Positions 36,783-54,485 of a stretch of DNA of 64,000 bases are shown here, in pieces (the stretch's first letter is position 1; every line of letters starts with the position of its first letter). This DNA comes from the human T2T-CHM13v2.0 reference genome, Homo sapiens, in NCBI RefSeq assembly GCF_009914755.1, contig NC_060934.1; one strand, written 5' to 3'. Both the position numbers and the translations under genes were made by a program. The notes under the pieces are model-generated. The model worked only from the letters and a program-made list of their open reading frames with translations, did not search any database and was not told the origin of the DNA.

Positions 36783-38420
36783 TCAGCCTTTGCTTCTCCT
36801 CTGCTGCTGTGGAATGTAGGAGGTAGTGGGTTTTGTTTAGCTAATGTCACATTGCTTTGGCTCCCAGCACACAGCTGCCTGTGGGACTAACCACCTCATT
36901 CTTCCAAGACCTCAGCATAGCAAGGCCGTGAGTCATGGACCTCACTCTGCTAAGCATTAACTTTTCCACTTGAGAGGGCAACACACAGCCCAATGGCTTC
37001 CCTTCCTAAGCTTCAGCGTGACGCTCCTCGTCGGCTTGTGCCCAGACCTATCCTGGCTGGTTCTGCCTGTGCTCTCTCTATGTGGCCTACAGAGCCCCTC
37101 ACTGCATCTGACTCTGAGGTCCCCTAGACGCTGTCCGGAAACTTCCCCTCCCACACTTCCATTTTGACCCCACCCTTCCCTCTCCTCATCTAACAGAAAC
37201 TCCCAATCCTCCTCTCTGGTTACAGTATAAGAAAGTGCTCTTGAGAGAAACAGGAGACATGCAAAGAATTTTTAACTTAAATAGAACTGGACAAAATGGT
37301 TTCTATGTGTAATTGTAGCTGCTCCCTCTACAGAATCATCTCTAGGTGCCAGGCTGTGCATTCTACCACAGTGTCTCTAACCATTGAGACAATTCTTCCA
37401 GGTAAACATGGTCATTCCCATTTCTAAGCCAAGAAAATGGAGAGTAGTTAACCTGCCTTCAATCACACAGCTAATAAGGAAACAGCCAGATTTTGAACTA
37501 CATCCCTCTGGCTCCAAAATCTGTGTTTGTGTGTGTTTGCCACCATGCCACAGTGCCTTATTGGAAGCTGTCAGAAATGCTGGATAATGAAGATTCATAA
37601 ATGTAACACATGTGATGGGCTTGGCGTCTTGGAAAATGTCCATAAGGAAGTTTATGGTTGCGTTCCAGGGTATCCTGAAACTCTCCAAGATTATTTGCTC
37701 TAATACACAAAATATTGCATCTGTGAGTTTTCTTGGAGGAAAGAGCTCATTGTTCTCATCAGATTCTCAAATGTGCTTGAAAAAGGTTAGGAATCCCAGC
37801 ATTCAACAAGCATGAAATAGTACCACCAATCTCCCTCTACCTTACCACTACCCTGCTCCCATAACCGGGGCTTGGGGGGGTGGAGAACTGAGTCTCAAAG
37901 GAGTGGATCTGGACCCTGAGACCATGGCGGTCCTTCAAGAGAGAAGATAGGAGATTCCAAGAAGTCCCAGCAAGAAGGGAAAGCAAGGAGAAGGCAGAAA
38001 ATAATGCAATAGAAACTGAGCACCCAGGCTTGGGGTAGGATTTGCATCACTGAAAGATGGCACTGAAGCAAAATTCCAGTCTCCAAGTCCCCAAGACTCC
38101 AACCAGGGAGCCAAGGCAGGGACAAGGGCTCCAGGGAGGTCACAGAAAAAACCAGCGCTTGTCAACATGAAACAAGTCCCAAGCCTGGTTCCTGACCCAG
38201 GAAACAGAGAACACGGAAGACACGCTGCAAGCTACCTTGAGGCCAAGCCTGGGACCATGGATCCTCTCTGCCCTCAGGAGGCACAGGATTGTTCCAGAGT
38301 CAGCAGCTGGGGAGTGTGAAAAGATTCATTTGTTCATTCATTCATTCACAAACATTTATTAAGCATCCACTGTGTGCCAGTAACAGGAAACAGAAGAGTG
38401 TAAGATAATTCTTAGTCTTA

Positions 38421-39164
<744 letters not shown>

Positions 39165-41344
39165 TCAGGCCAAGAGACCTCACAGCTCAGCCCACAGAAA
39201 TGGTTCACTGAGTGAGTTCTTCCGCAAACATTAATCAGCTCCTTCATTCTTCCACCCAACAAATGTTTGTGAAATTGCCAGGCATTGAGCACTGTAGGAG
39301 ACACAAAAATACCCAAGACATGGTTCCTGCCCTCAGGGGGTCTAGTGGGGAGAGGAAATGTGGCTATACGGGACTGATAGAGAAAGGACTTCAGTTGCTA
39401 TCAGAGGGGTATCAATGCACAGAAAAATTCAGAGGAAAGAAAGGTGACTTCAGGCTGTGTGCACAGAAGATGCAGAGGCTGAGCTAGATGAGAATTCAAC
39501 GGCAAGGAGGGGTTGAAAATGTGGAGCCAGAAGACGAGCTCACTCCAGTAGACACAATAGGGTGGGTGGATCAGGCATGGAGGAGGGAGAACCAGTTATG
39601 TCACATCTGGGGACACTCCAGGACCCAACCAGCTGGAACCAAAGAGCATAGAACTGGGTAGGGGGCAAACGGGCTTTGTGGGAAGGTTATGGTCTCACTG
39701 TGAAGCCTCAAGTACCAGGCTAAGCTTCATTTGGCTGATATAAGTACTTAAAGGAGGAGGGTATTAGAAACTGGATTTTATAACTTCAAAATTTTATAAC
39801 TCATGAGAAAAACCAAGTGGCCCAACAATTCTCCCAATGCATGTTCCTGAACACATGATTCAATTGTGTGTTGAAAACAAAGGGGAGTGGCTGAGTCCAG
39901 GCAGATGCCAGTTGACCACAGACCAGGTGGAGCTATTCAACCAGAACTTCCTGCAGCTCCTGGCACTCATTGTGTGAGGTTGATGCTAATGGCATTACCT
40001 CTAGGGGATGCTCACTGCAGGCTGGGCATTGCTAAGCCCCCCACCTTTTTTTTTTTTTTGAGTTAGAGTCTCACTCTGTTGCCCAGGCTGGAGTGCAATG
40101 GCACGCTCTTTGCTCACTACAATCTCTCTCCTGCCTCAGCCTCCTGAGTAGCTAGGATTACAGGTGTGTGCCACCACACCCAGCTAATTTTTATATTTTT
40201 AGTAAAGACAGGGTTTCCCCATGTTGGCCAGGCTAGTCTCGAACTCCTGACCTCAAGTGATCCGCTCACCTCGGCCTCCCAAAGTGCTGGGATTACAGGC
40301 GTGAGACACCGTGCCCGGCCTGCTAAGCCCTTTACATGCATCATTTCATTGAATCCTCCTGGCAAGCCTATGATGTAGGCACTGTTTTATTATCCTCAGT
40401 TTGCAGAGAAGCAAAGAGAGCCCAGAATGGTTAGGTAACTTGCTCAAGATCACAGGGCTAGGACGAAGCCCTCTAACCAGGTCTAGTATGACTCCTGAGC
40501 CCATGCATTTAACCACTGCACCTCCCATTTCCCTAGCTAATAAGGAAAAACTAAGTGGCTGGCATTGGCTCCTACCCTTCTGGAGAAACCCAGCTCAATC
40601 TCTTTCAAGAAGGAGGCTCTGATGTTTATCAAAATGTGTATATGTTACATTTTATTGAAAACCTATTCTCACACATAAACACATCAGGCAAAAAAAAAAA
40701 AAGTAGATAAATTATTTTTCTTATCAGCAGCCAGTCACATATTTATATTAGTCAATTATTTTATTCTACCTCTGTAAAAATAAAAAAAAAAGGTTAAACC
40801 TGCAGGCACTGAACATCAAATTGAATTACAGGAAACTCCCTCCCCTTTCTCCACATTACCTACCCCCCAACCTGGCTCCTGCGTCTAATTTTATTAAGAT
40901 GACTGTTTCTTCCTATGGAAAGCAATAAAATATTTTCAGCTCAGAACATAACAACTGACTCAAATGCAGAGCACACTCTGAGTGTGCTCAAGGGCTCAAG
41001 TCGTTCTTCAGGACATTTCCTGTTTTCCGATTAGCTACGCCTGCCTGTCACTCAGTTCTGCGGAGGTCACCACTGCAGTAATTAACCCCAATGCCAGCCT
41101 CCAAACAAGGTTTCCGGGAGAACTGAACAGCTCTCTTAGCCAAACCACCCGCCCTCTTGCGCGGAACCATTTCCTTTGCTGTTCACCTACCAGCCAGTGT
41201 GTCAGACCCTTATTGAAAAGGCCTGGCCCAGTGCGGTGCTCATACCTGTAATCCCAACATTTTGGAAGGCCAAGGCCAGAGGATCGCTTGAGTCCAGGAG
41301 TTCAAGACCAGCCTGGGCAACATAGTGAGACTTCGTCTCTACAA

Positions 41345-41375
<31 letters not shown>

Positions 41376-41406
41376 AGGGAGTCTCACTCTGTCGCCCAGG
41401 ATCTAG

Positions 41407-41532
<126 letters not shown>

Positions 41533-41896
41533 TAGTAGAGATGGGGGTTTCACCATTTTGGTCAGGCTGGTCTCAAACTCCTGACCTCAAATGATCCACC
41601 CGTCTCGGCCTCCCAAAGTGCTGCAATTACAGGCGTGAGGCACCACACCCGGCCCATCTCTACAAAATATTTAAAAATTAACCAGGCATACTGGCATGCA
41701 CCAATAGTCCCAGCTACTCAAGAGGCTGAGGTGGGAGGATTGCTTGAGCTTGGGAGGTCGAGGCTGCAGTGGCCACACCCCTGCACTTCATCCTGGGTGT
41801 TAGAGCAAGACCCTGTCTCAAAAAAAAAAAAAAAAAAAGGCCTGAAAGACATCAGGACTCCTGAGACTGGCTTGCTACATCTGTGCCGGTGGTCAG

Positions 41897-42365
41897 CTGC
41901 GCTGGTTCATTTTAATGTCAAGTTGGCTAGGCTATGGTGGTGTCTAATTGTTTGGTCAAACATAAGTCCAGATGTTGCTGTCGAGGTATTTTGTAGATGT
42001 GATAAACATTTACACTCAGTTGACTTTAAGTAAAGCAAAATTACCCTCTATAATTTAGATGGGCCTCATCCAAACAGTTGAAGGTCTTAAAAGCAAAAAC
42101 TGGTTTCCTGGAGAAGAAATTCTGCCTCTAGACTCTAACATAGAAACCCTGCCTGAGTTTTCTAAGCTGTGGAATTCAGACTAGAGATTGCAACATCAAC
42201 TCTTACATGAATTTCCAGCTTGCTGGCCCGCCCTGCAAATTTCAGACTTGCTAGCCCCCACAACTGCATAAGCCAGTTCCTTAAAATCTCTCTTTCTGTC
42301 TCTGCACAAACACATGCACACACATCCCATTGCTTCTGCTGCTCTGGAGAATCCTGACTAGTCCA
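41897..42365 (+). mobile_element. ERVL LTR, MLT2 (C/D)-like
   Basis: gtcaagttggctaggcta...gggcctcatccaa...ctctggagaatcctgacta matches MLT2 hallmarks. Confidence 0.8.
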
Positions 42366-43424
42366 ACCAATAACACCAGGTGCCCACGGAAGTAACACGA
42401 TGGTAACACATTTGAAATGCTTCCAAATACACACCGTCTCACTGATCCTAAAAATCCTGCAGGGAAAAGCACAGATGTCGGCCCAGCCCCTCTGACTGAA
42501 CTTTCATATCTGTGACTTCTCTTCCTTTGAGCTGTTATCTTAGGAAAATATAAGGCTGAACCCCCAAGCTCAGAGTCCCTCATATATAAACTGATGCATT
42601 CAGACGAGATATATAATCACTAAGTTTTCCCCCAGACTTATGGTACATAACCTTTATGATGTGCCCCCCAAGTCCTGAACGGTTAGATTGCTGTGTCTTT
42701 CTGAAATGGCCTCAGGAAAAGTTAGGGTGCTGTCTACAAAAGCTCCCTAAGTAACTCAGCTCTTCGGTAGACAAAATAGAACAACAAGATCTCTAGGTTC
42801 AGCCAAGAGTCTACATTTGATCTCCCATTCAGAAGTACTTCTTCCCCTTTTCTAGGTCTCTGGGTCATGCCTCCTTTCTTTTGAGATATATAAAGCCCCA
42901 TATGAATTCATCTGCCATTTTGCCTAACATTTCACACACCCCTGAACCACACCCATACATGGCTAGCACTTATTATTAAGTGCTCTGAACTGAGTCACTG
43001 TTCCCAGTACTTCCCATGGATTCTCTCACTTAATCTTCACAACTCTAACAGATAAATTCTATTATGATCATTCCCAGTTACAGAGGAAGAAACCAAGACA
43101 CAGAGAGGTTAAGCAACTTATTAGAGGTCACACAGCTAGTAAGTGATGGAGCTGGGATTCAAACCCCGGTCGAAAGAGACAAAAAGCAATTAGTTTCCAA
43201 AGTTGGAGGATTAAGACAAGAGGGTGATGCCTTGAAGGCTGAGACTATGTATTATTAATATTGTTATTCCCCCCACAACGCTTACTACATAGTAATTTCT
43301 CCATGACGGAGTAAATTGGACTTCATAAGTTCATATAAGTGTGATTACTAGGCGGCTTTAATGATTAAATGAAAGAATGAATACAAAGTGCCCAGCCCAG
43401 GGCCTGGCACACAGTAAGCACTAA

Positions 43425-43709
<285 letters not shown>

Positions 43710-45116
43710 TGATCCGCCCACCTCCGCCTCCCAAAGTGCTGGGATTACAGGCGTGAGCCACCGCACACAGCTAGATGATTTCTTATTACAGCACCAGGTC
43801 AGCCTCCTTGCATCCCCCCAGGGAGTTCCCAGGCTGTGGAGCTCCGGAGGGCAGGGCCCCTGTGACTGGAGGAAGTGCCCTGTGAGGCTGGGACCGCCCT
43901 GGTGGAATATTTCTTCCACGTGGCTCCATTCCAGGCTTCTGAGTTTCCCTGGGGCAGCTGGCATGTGAGCAGTGACTGCTCCTCTCTGGCAGGCAGCCTG
44001 GCAGCCTCCAGGAGCTGGCTAATTTCTACTATCAACAAGGGGCAGAGAAGTTTCTGAGAAGGGCTGGCAGAAACGCCTCCACCCTGGGGACTTGAGAGAC
44101 ACCTGGGGGAGCACAGGGACACAGGGCCCATCAGGTGGACCCCTCTCCAGGAGTGTCTCTGACTTTGGCTTTCCAACCTTGGCTGCCCTATCGTTCCAGG
44201 AAGATGCTGCCAAACAGGTTCTAGGAGAAAGGCATTTTGGGCAAGTGGCAACAGGATACAAAGCGAGGCTGTTTGGGACATTTCTGAAACAGTCACTGAT
44301 ATCACTGATAAACAGAAATGCCCCAGCAAAAAGGCAGGAGGGGTGACTGCTCCCCTCTCCACACCCAGTGCCCCACTGGCCTCTGGGAATGACCTTTCAG
44401 ATGTACAGGCTCTTGAATCAAACCCACATTTTCCAAGGGAGCTGCAGTGAAGTCCAGTCCATTTGAATGACTCAGCCAGAATCTGCTTCCTAAAAGCTGA
44501 TGCTGGGGCGTGGTCATGTCCCAGCTCTGCTCACTGCCAGGGCTGCTGGGAAGGGCTCCCAGGAGGGCCAGGCACCTGGCTTGACTGCCTTGGTGTTTGT
44601 GTTGTGTGCTGGGCATATTAAACACATTCACGTCTGTTCCCTACAAGGGAGGCTGGGCGCAGTGCTCACACCTGTAATCCCAGCACTTTGGGAGGCCAGA
44701 GGTGGGAGATGGCTTGAGTCCAGGAGTTTGAGACCTGCCTGGGAAACATAATGAGACTCCATCTCTACAAAAAATTTAAAAATTAGCCTGGCATGGTGGC
44801 TTGCACCTGTGGTCCCAATTACTCACTTAGGAGGCTGAGGTGGGAGGATCACTTGAGCCCTAGAGATCAAGGCTGCAGTGGGCCGTGATCAGGCCACTGC
44901 ACTCCAGCCTGGGTGACAGAGCAAGACCCTGTCTCAAACAAACAAGCAAGCAAACAAACAACAACAACAAAAATAGGAGATATGAGTATGCTCATTTTAC
45001 AGATAAGGAAACTGAGGATCAGGGTTGTTAACTGACTTGCCCGAGATCATAGAGCCAGTAAGTGGCAGAGCTGAGCTTCAGACCCAAGTCAGCCTTGTTT
45101 CCAAACCTGTGCTCTT

Positions 45117-45820
45117 TTTTTTTAAATTTTATTATTATTATACTTTAAGTTTTAGGGTACATGTGCACAATATGCAGGTTTGTTACATATGTATACAAGT
45201 GCCATGTTGGTGTGCTGCACCCATTAACTCGTCATTTAACATTAGGTATATCTCCTAATGCTATCCCTCCCCCCTCCCCCGACCCCACAACAGTCGCCAG
45301 AGTGTGATGTTCCCCTTCCTGTGTCCATGTGTTCTCATTGTTCAATTCCCACCTATGAGTGAGAACATGCAGTGTTTGGTTTTTTGTCCTTGCGATAGTT
45401 TGCTGAGAATGATTAAAAAGTCAGGAAACAACAGGTGCTGGAGAGGATGTGGAGAAATAGGAACACTTTTACACTGTTGGTGGGACTGTAAACTAGTTCA
45501 ACCATTGTGGAAGTCAGTATGGCAATTCCTCAGGGATCTAGAACTAGAAATACCATTTGACCCAGCCATCCCATTACTGGGTATATACCCAAAGGATTAT
45601 AAATCATGCTGCTATAAAGACACATGCACACGTATATTTATTGCGGCACTATTCACAATGGCAAAGACTTGGAACCAACCCAAATGTCCAACAACGATAG
45701 ACTGGATTAAGAAAATGTGGCACATATATGCCATGGAATACTATGCAGCCATAAAAAATGATGAGTTCATGTCCTTTGTAGGGACATGGATGAAACTGGA
45801 AACCATCATTCTCAGCAAAC
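45117..45820 (-). mobile_element. L1PA (PA3/PA4-like), 5'-truncated and 5'-inverted, inserted into a MIR
   Basis: L1 3'UTR/polyA on minus strand 45117-~45412; ORF2 C-terminal piece on plus strand ~45412-45820; TSD caaacctgtgctctt at 45102-45116 and 45816-45830. Confidence 0.95.
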
Positions 45821-46987
45821 CTGTGCTCTTAACTGCCACTGCAGGCAGAGGGTGCCAGGCGACCTGTCACTTTTTCAGACCTTCCAGTGGTGTGAACTTG
45901 GTCTACTTACTCCAGCTCTTCATATCTAGACTTCTTCATTAATAAAGATTGGTATCTAATGCCCAGGAATAATTCCTACCAACTATAGGGTTTACCATCT
46001 GCCAGGCACTCTTCTAAGGGCTTTGTAAATGTTACCTATTATTATTATGATCCTTATTCAAGGCACAAGAAAGTTAAGTAGCTTGTCCAGGATTACCTGC
46101 TAGTAAGAAACAAAGCCAGAATTTGAATATAGGTCTTCTGGCTCTGGAGCCACTCAACCTCTCTGGCTTCTGACTAGTATATTTCACATAATTTGCTAGA
46201 GAATGAATTAAGTCTCAAGTACTCAGCAAATACATTTCAAACCCAGCTGAGGAGGTAGGGCCTACAGTGCCTCTTAAGTCCCGAGTGTCCTCTAAAAAGG
46301 GGATACAAAAGCCCGCCTGGTAGAATTGCAGCAAGGATCAAATGAGAAAGCATACCCATGCCCAAGACACAGGGGACATTACCAGGTGTTGGAATCAGAA
46401 CTATCAACTGCTTCCTTCAGGCAAGCTTTGGGAGGATCCAGTCCTCTGCCCTTCCTCGCTCCAAGAGATGGTATCAAGAGAAAATAAAATAGTCACTTAA
46501 AACAACCTTGAAAACAAATGCAAAGCGTGGAGTGAAAAATCTTGATAATTAGATCCTATCCCTCCCAGGCCAAGAATTTCCAGTTGAATTTAACCTCAGC
46601 TTCAGACCCTGGTGTCTCATCATTAGTCATCTCTTTCACTGGAATTTTGGGCCCTGCCAGCAGTTTAATCTACTTTCCTCAACCCTCCTTCCTATGCTGT
46701 GCATGGCTTTCACCTCTGGGCGCTTTAGCAAGCTGGGCTGGTTGTTTGCTGCAGATCAGAGGGAGAGCTGGGAGTCAGGAGTGTTTGTGAGCTGTTGTTT
46801 GTCAGTGGGGCCTGGGACAAGGACAGAGGGTGGAATTAAAATGAGAAGACGCCAAGCACAAAGAAAACCAACCATATATGAAGGAGTGGGAAAAAGCAAA
46901 GGACCAAGCATCCCAAAACCCAGCTTCTAGTCCTTCCCTGCCTCTTTCTGGCTACACAGCTTTGGCCTCCCTTGATATCTGAGTCTA

Positions 46988-47377
<390 letters not shown>

Positions 47378-47846
47378 TTACACCCATGAAAAAGCTTTCT
47401 ACACTGTCAGTACCCTGCAAGGCAATTTCACACATGGAAGCCATCATAATGTGTCCAACACCCTAGGGCAAACAAGAGGGAATTTGGGGCCCCAGACAAG
47501 GCCTCTGAGACCAGAGATGTCCAGCTCAAAGGCACCAATGCCCCAGGCCCCAGCATGGTGTGACCAGATGCCCTCAGGGCTGGCTTTGTCCAGGGAAGTT
47601 ACTGCCAAGAGTAAGCAGCAGAGCCCAGATTGCCAGCAATGTGGGCTGAGTTCACGTGCCTGACCACAGGATGGGCCAGATTTGGATGCGACCAAGACCA
47701 AGCACTCAGGGCTGCATAAGGGACAGCACAGGTGGTACAGCCTTGGCGGTAAGCATTAGTGTTCCAGCTCCACCTAGACCCTGCTGTGAGACCTTGAGTG
47801 AGGCATTTCACCCACTCTACCCGAGACTCAGTTTGTTCAGCTCTCA

Positions 47847-48679
<833 letters not shown>

Positions 48680-49745
48680 TGAACGCTGGCCCCATTTACA
48701 GCCTAGACTATAAGCTGCATGTGGGCAGGGCCAAACTTGCTTTGTTCCCCACCCTATACACAGAGCTAAGCACACTGCCTGGCAGAGTACCCTCTCAATC
48801 AATGCTTGGATCAATGCTTGTTGAATGGATTCATGCTTGGAATGAGGAAGGAGCTGCTAAACATAGGAGGGACAGAGACAGGGAGTGTCCTAGCAATGAA
48901 TTCAGTCTGTTAGGAGGGGTAAGCAAAAACATAACATTTTATTTATTGAAAGAAAGAGAGAGAAGGGCAAGGAATTTTTTTTTTCAATTTATAAGCTGCA
49001 TTATTGAGATGCAAAAGATGATGAAGGTCATAAACTAACAAACGGAGGTGAAATGAAGTGGACCTCGCCCTGCCAGTCAAATATTAGATTTTTAATACTT
49101 TACATTACAAGAAGTTATGGTTCTAGTCTCCACTAATAAAATGGCTCAAACTTGACTATCAGTGGAACTGATTCACTGCTAAGCTATGTCACCTCTGAGC
49201 TTCTGAGTCACAGCATGTCATAAAGGCTTTCATTGCTCTGTTGCAAACTCACCCCAGGGGGGATGGGTTTTTTTTTTCTTTTTCTTTTTTTTTAAGTTCT
49301 TTTGTTCTTGGTACACTTTCTTCCTTTTTCAGACTGGATCCTAATGACTCCAACCACTAAACAACTCAATCTGTTCAGAGAGAGAGGAACTGTTTATGTG
49401 AGTTGGTTGTGTAGTCAGAGGTTGTGAGTTGTTTCTTCATCCATGCTGAGCTCAGTGAAGACGCATGGACCATCTGGAATCCAGTTAAATCCTGACCTGT
49501 CTCTGCCTCAGCTCCCTCATAGGGAAAATGAAGATGTCAATAATACCTACTTCCTAAAAACGAAATGAAGGCGGGGCGTGGTGCCTCACGCCTGTAATCC
49601 CAGCACTTTGGGAGGCCAAGGTGGGCGGATCACCTGAGGTCAGGAGATCGAGACCAGCCTGGCTAACATGGCAAAACCCCTTCTCTACTAAAAATACAAA
49701 AATTAGCCGGGCATTGTGGCATGCTCCTGTAATCCTAGCTACTCA

Positions 49746-49850
<105 letters not shown>

Positions 49851-50184
49851 TCAAAAAAAAAAAAAGGCTCGGCACGGTGGCCAACTGGAAGACCTGGTAT
49901 TGCAGAGGACCAAGGCTATTTCCCACACGTCTTTGGCTCTACTATGGTTCCCAGCACAACTCTGGCCACATGGACCTCAGAGCTGGGCTCCACTGGCCAA
50001 GAGGCCACCAGGCTCTTTCAGGCTGCTGCTGGGCTCCTGCGAGGTGGGCTTTCCATCACAGGAGAGCTGCCTTCCTGCTGATCACTGAGGACGAGGCCTG
50101 CACTGCAGCAATTCTCACTCTGAGCTAATGCAGCAAGTGTGAGCTGAAAATCCAAGTCAGAGAGTTGCTAAGAACCTACTATGC

Positions 50185-50700
<516 letters not shown>

Positions 50701-52728
50701 AGAACCTACTTTGGCAATGCCTTCAAGCTGTTTGTGCAGCCACAGCTGACCAGCATCCTGTTTATTCTGAACAGCTAAGCCTGGGCCACCCCTTGGAAAT
50801 GTCCCCCAGGACTCTGTATGTCCCTGCAGCAATGGGGGAAGAAGTGGGGCATAAAAGCCAGAAGACATGAGCACCTGTCATGCTACATTCTGTGTCAGCA
50901 CTACGACAAGTTCTCTATATATTTTATCACAATTGTTCCCAACAACCTCCCTGTGAGGTATAGATTATTCTCCACACTCTGTAGATGAGGAAATGAAGGC
51001 TCGGAAATATAGTTGCCCAAAGACACCCAGCTCCTAGGGATAAAACCAGGAGTGAAAATTAATTTTTCGAATCCAAAGGTCATCCCTTTCCAAGTATTGT
51101 GTTGGTTACAGAAAGAAGGGGGTTCTTTTAAGTGAGAGGTTATGTCAACCAACAGAGTAAAGATGGAAAAGAACAGATCTAATCCCTGGGAGGAGACAGG
51201 CTGCAGAGTTCATACTCTAGGCCCCCAGAAGGCTGCCCTGTGAGTAGACACATCTGGTCTACCCACTTTGTCTTGGCCTTCCATGCCCCTTGGCCACAGT
51301 TAATTGGAGCAGGGCTGAACATCTGACCAAAACCAAGGCAATTGGTGTTTTTCTCTGAGCTATCTCATGCACGAGACGCTGCCACTGCAGTTGGATGTAG
51401 AGTCAAGACCCAGTCACCTTGCAGCAACCCAAAGCCCATGCAAGAGGCCTCACTAAGGACAGCCAATTTGCAGAGAGCCAACAATTATAGACAATATGCA
51501 GAAAAGTAATGGCTGCCATGTGCAGGGAGAAGCAGAGGCAGGAGGCTGCACAGTCCCTGGGAAATGAGGAGAGGGGAGCGGACATGATTCTGGCTCTTGT
51601 GAGGTCTGTGATCTGGACTCCAGATTTCTTTCTAGCTTTAGAAAAATCAAGGTTTCCTTGAGCACGCTGAAGTGGGTATCTGCTCCTTGTAATGAAGCAA
51701 TTCTGAACCATGACTCCCTATCCTTTCAGATAGTACAACAGGCTAGGGAGAGAAGGACCTTATGCAAATGAACCATGGCTCAGCTTGGTTGAGGAAATGC
51801 TCCCCCATTTGATCTTTGGGAAGACAGCAACATTTGTCTTCAAAGATCACTTTGTATTTCTGTTTTTCTTCGATCTCTTGGTGGCCTCCCTGCCGCCTCA
51901 GGTGGCTACTGCCCTCGTGCTGGCCTCTTGCTGAGCTACCCCAACCAGCCCTGCACTCGCCCACAGGGTGCACACTCCAGCTGGAAGCAAGGCAGTCTGA
52001 TGTTCCATTTCACAGTACAGTGTGAGGAAGGATGGCCAAATTTGCCTGTCCAGTGTGGCTTCCTTATCACTTTAATTTAATCAGGTTGTTTCCTCAGTGT
52101 CTTTCCTTATTAGTGCCTTCCTTCTGATTCCAGTCCTGGGATGAGCTCCATCTGTGCTGAGAAGCATTTGACTCAACTAGTAAGCCTTCTTACTAGTCTC
52201 CCTGACTAGTACTAATCTGCTGTTCACATTGCGGCCTAGCGGCTCCCCACTGGTTGATGAGTAAAGTTCAATCCCTATTCATACCACATTACTCCTCCCC
52301 ATGGCTCTCTGGTCCTCCTGTACTGTTCCAAAGCCTGGAATGTCTTTTTTCCATTATTTCTGTCAAATTTCCACTCATCCTTTAAAACCAAGCCAAATGA
52401 CACTTTCTCCACAAGCTTTTTCACTCTTTCATCTACTCAGATTGTAACTTTTCATGTCTATTCTGGTTTGCATCTCATTCTTGTGTGCTAACTAGTCGGT
52501 CACCTAAGCCTGAAAATCCAAGCCATCTTATGCATATTTTTCTAGACTTAGTTCCAGAAATACTCTCTGGTGCACTGTAGTGCTCCATGAAACTGTTATC
52601 AAATAGGTAAGGAGATTTATAGACTGCCATGTGCAATGTCACATGTACATTAATTTAATCCTCAAACAGCCCTGCAAGGCAGGAGACATTATTAAGAACA
52701 CTGAAGCTGATTTTTTTTTTTTTTTTGA

Positions 52729-52833
<105 letters not shown>

Positions 52834-54071
52834 TGAGTAGCTGGGACTACAGGTGCCCACCACCATGCCTGGCTAAGTTTTTTGTATTTTTAGTAGAGAC
52901 AGGGATTCACCATGCTGGCCAGGCTGGTCTTGAACTCCTGACCTCAGGTGATCTGTCCACCTCAGCCTCCCAAAGTACTGGGATTACAGGCGTGAGCCAT
53001 CATGACCGGGCTTGAAGCTGCAGATTGTATTTGCTCATGAGCAACTAGGGATGGCCACTGGAATTCTCATTTAGGCATCCCTGGCCCCAGAGCTCAGGGC
53101 CTTTGTACCCTCATGCCCAGTAAGAAGTTAATTGATAAGGCTTAAGGTATCAAATGTCCCATAACTTTTTCTGATTGAGAACTGTGCTCAGACCTGCTCA
53201 AAGCACACCCCAGTGCAACAGAACAGCTGTTCAATAGAAATTACACAGTGAGTCAGCTGACCACTGCCATATCATGGCATTCTATATACTACGTTTCATG
53301 TATGAAGGTTCAACATAAAACTGGCAGCTTCATATTTTCCTTGCCAGGAACAAGAATGCAAAATGTCTTATACACCAATTTGCCCCCAGAGAACAGGTGC
53401 TAGGAACTGGTTGTACTCAGGGTTCATGAATACTTGACATGGTTCTTTGCTAAGCCTCATTCACAAACACCTGAGAGGATATTAAACGTAAAGGGCAATT
53501 GGATGACTTCCCAGGGTCTCTTTCAGGACTAAGCATCAAGGACTTTGTCACATTAAGGTGTCTGAAATTTCCTGCCAGTTCTTTGCTACATGCTCAATAT
53601 TTAAAATGTATATTCAACATCAGTGATGTGCTGGGTGTTGCAGAGGATATAACAATCCCACACCTTCTTGGCAGGGCCAAATCCTACAGTAAAGGAGAAA
53701 CACACCCGTGATTAGAAAGGAAAACCCATACCAGACAAATACCAGCACCCCTAAGCTGAGGGCACGCAGGTGAGATGTGTTGTGAAGGAGGAAAGAAAAA
53801 CAAGGCACGTTAATTAATTTTTTAAGGGCCATTGTAGCTTTATAGATGACTGAGACCCTGCAGAATGTGCCTTTGGGGAGTGTACCTTTGAGAATTCCCA
53901 TGCTTCCATAGGGTGGGGCCACTTTCCTTAGGCAGTGAGTCTCTAAGCCTTGTTCTCCAGAAAGGGATGGGAATGACTCAGTAGATTAAACACTTTTGCC
54001 TTCCTGATTGTTTTGTCAATACAATACAGTGGTTTTATGGGAATACCCGAGTAGTGTGATTATCAGTTTGA

Positions 54072-54485
<414 letters not shown>

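Noticed and set aside
43799-44362. 187-aa minus-strand ORF (likewise 23498-24016, 172 aa)
   Set aside because: Non-ATG starts, no recognisable domain, no supporting splice structure; consistent with chance
45304-45942. 212-aa ORF, the longest in the track
   Set aside because: Chimera of antisense L1 3'UTR, an L1 ORF2 C-terminal fragment and flanking DNA created by the inversion; no promoter evidence
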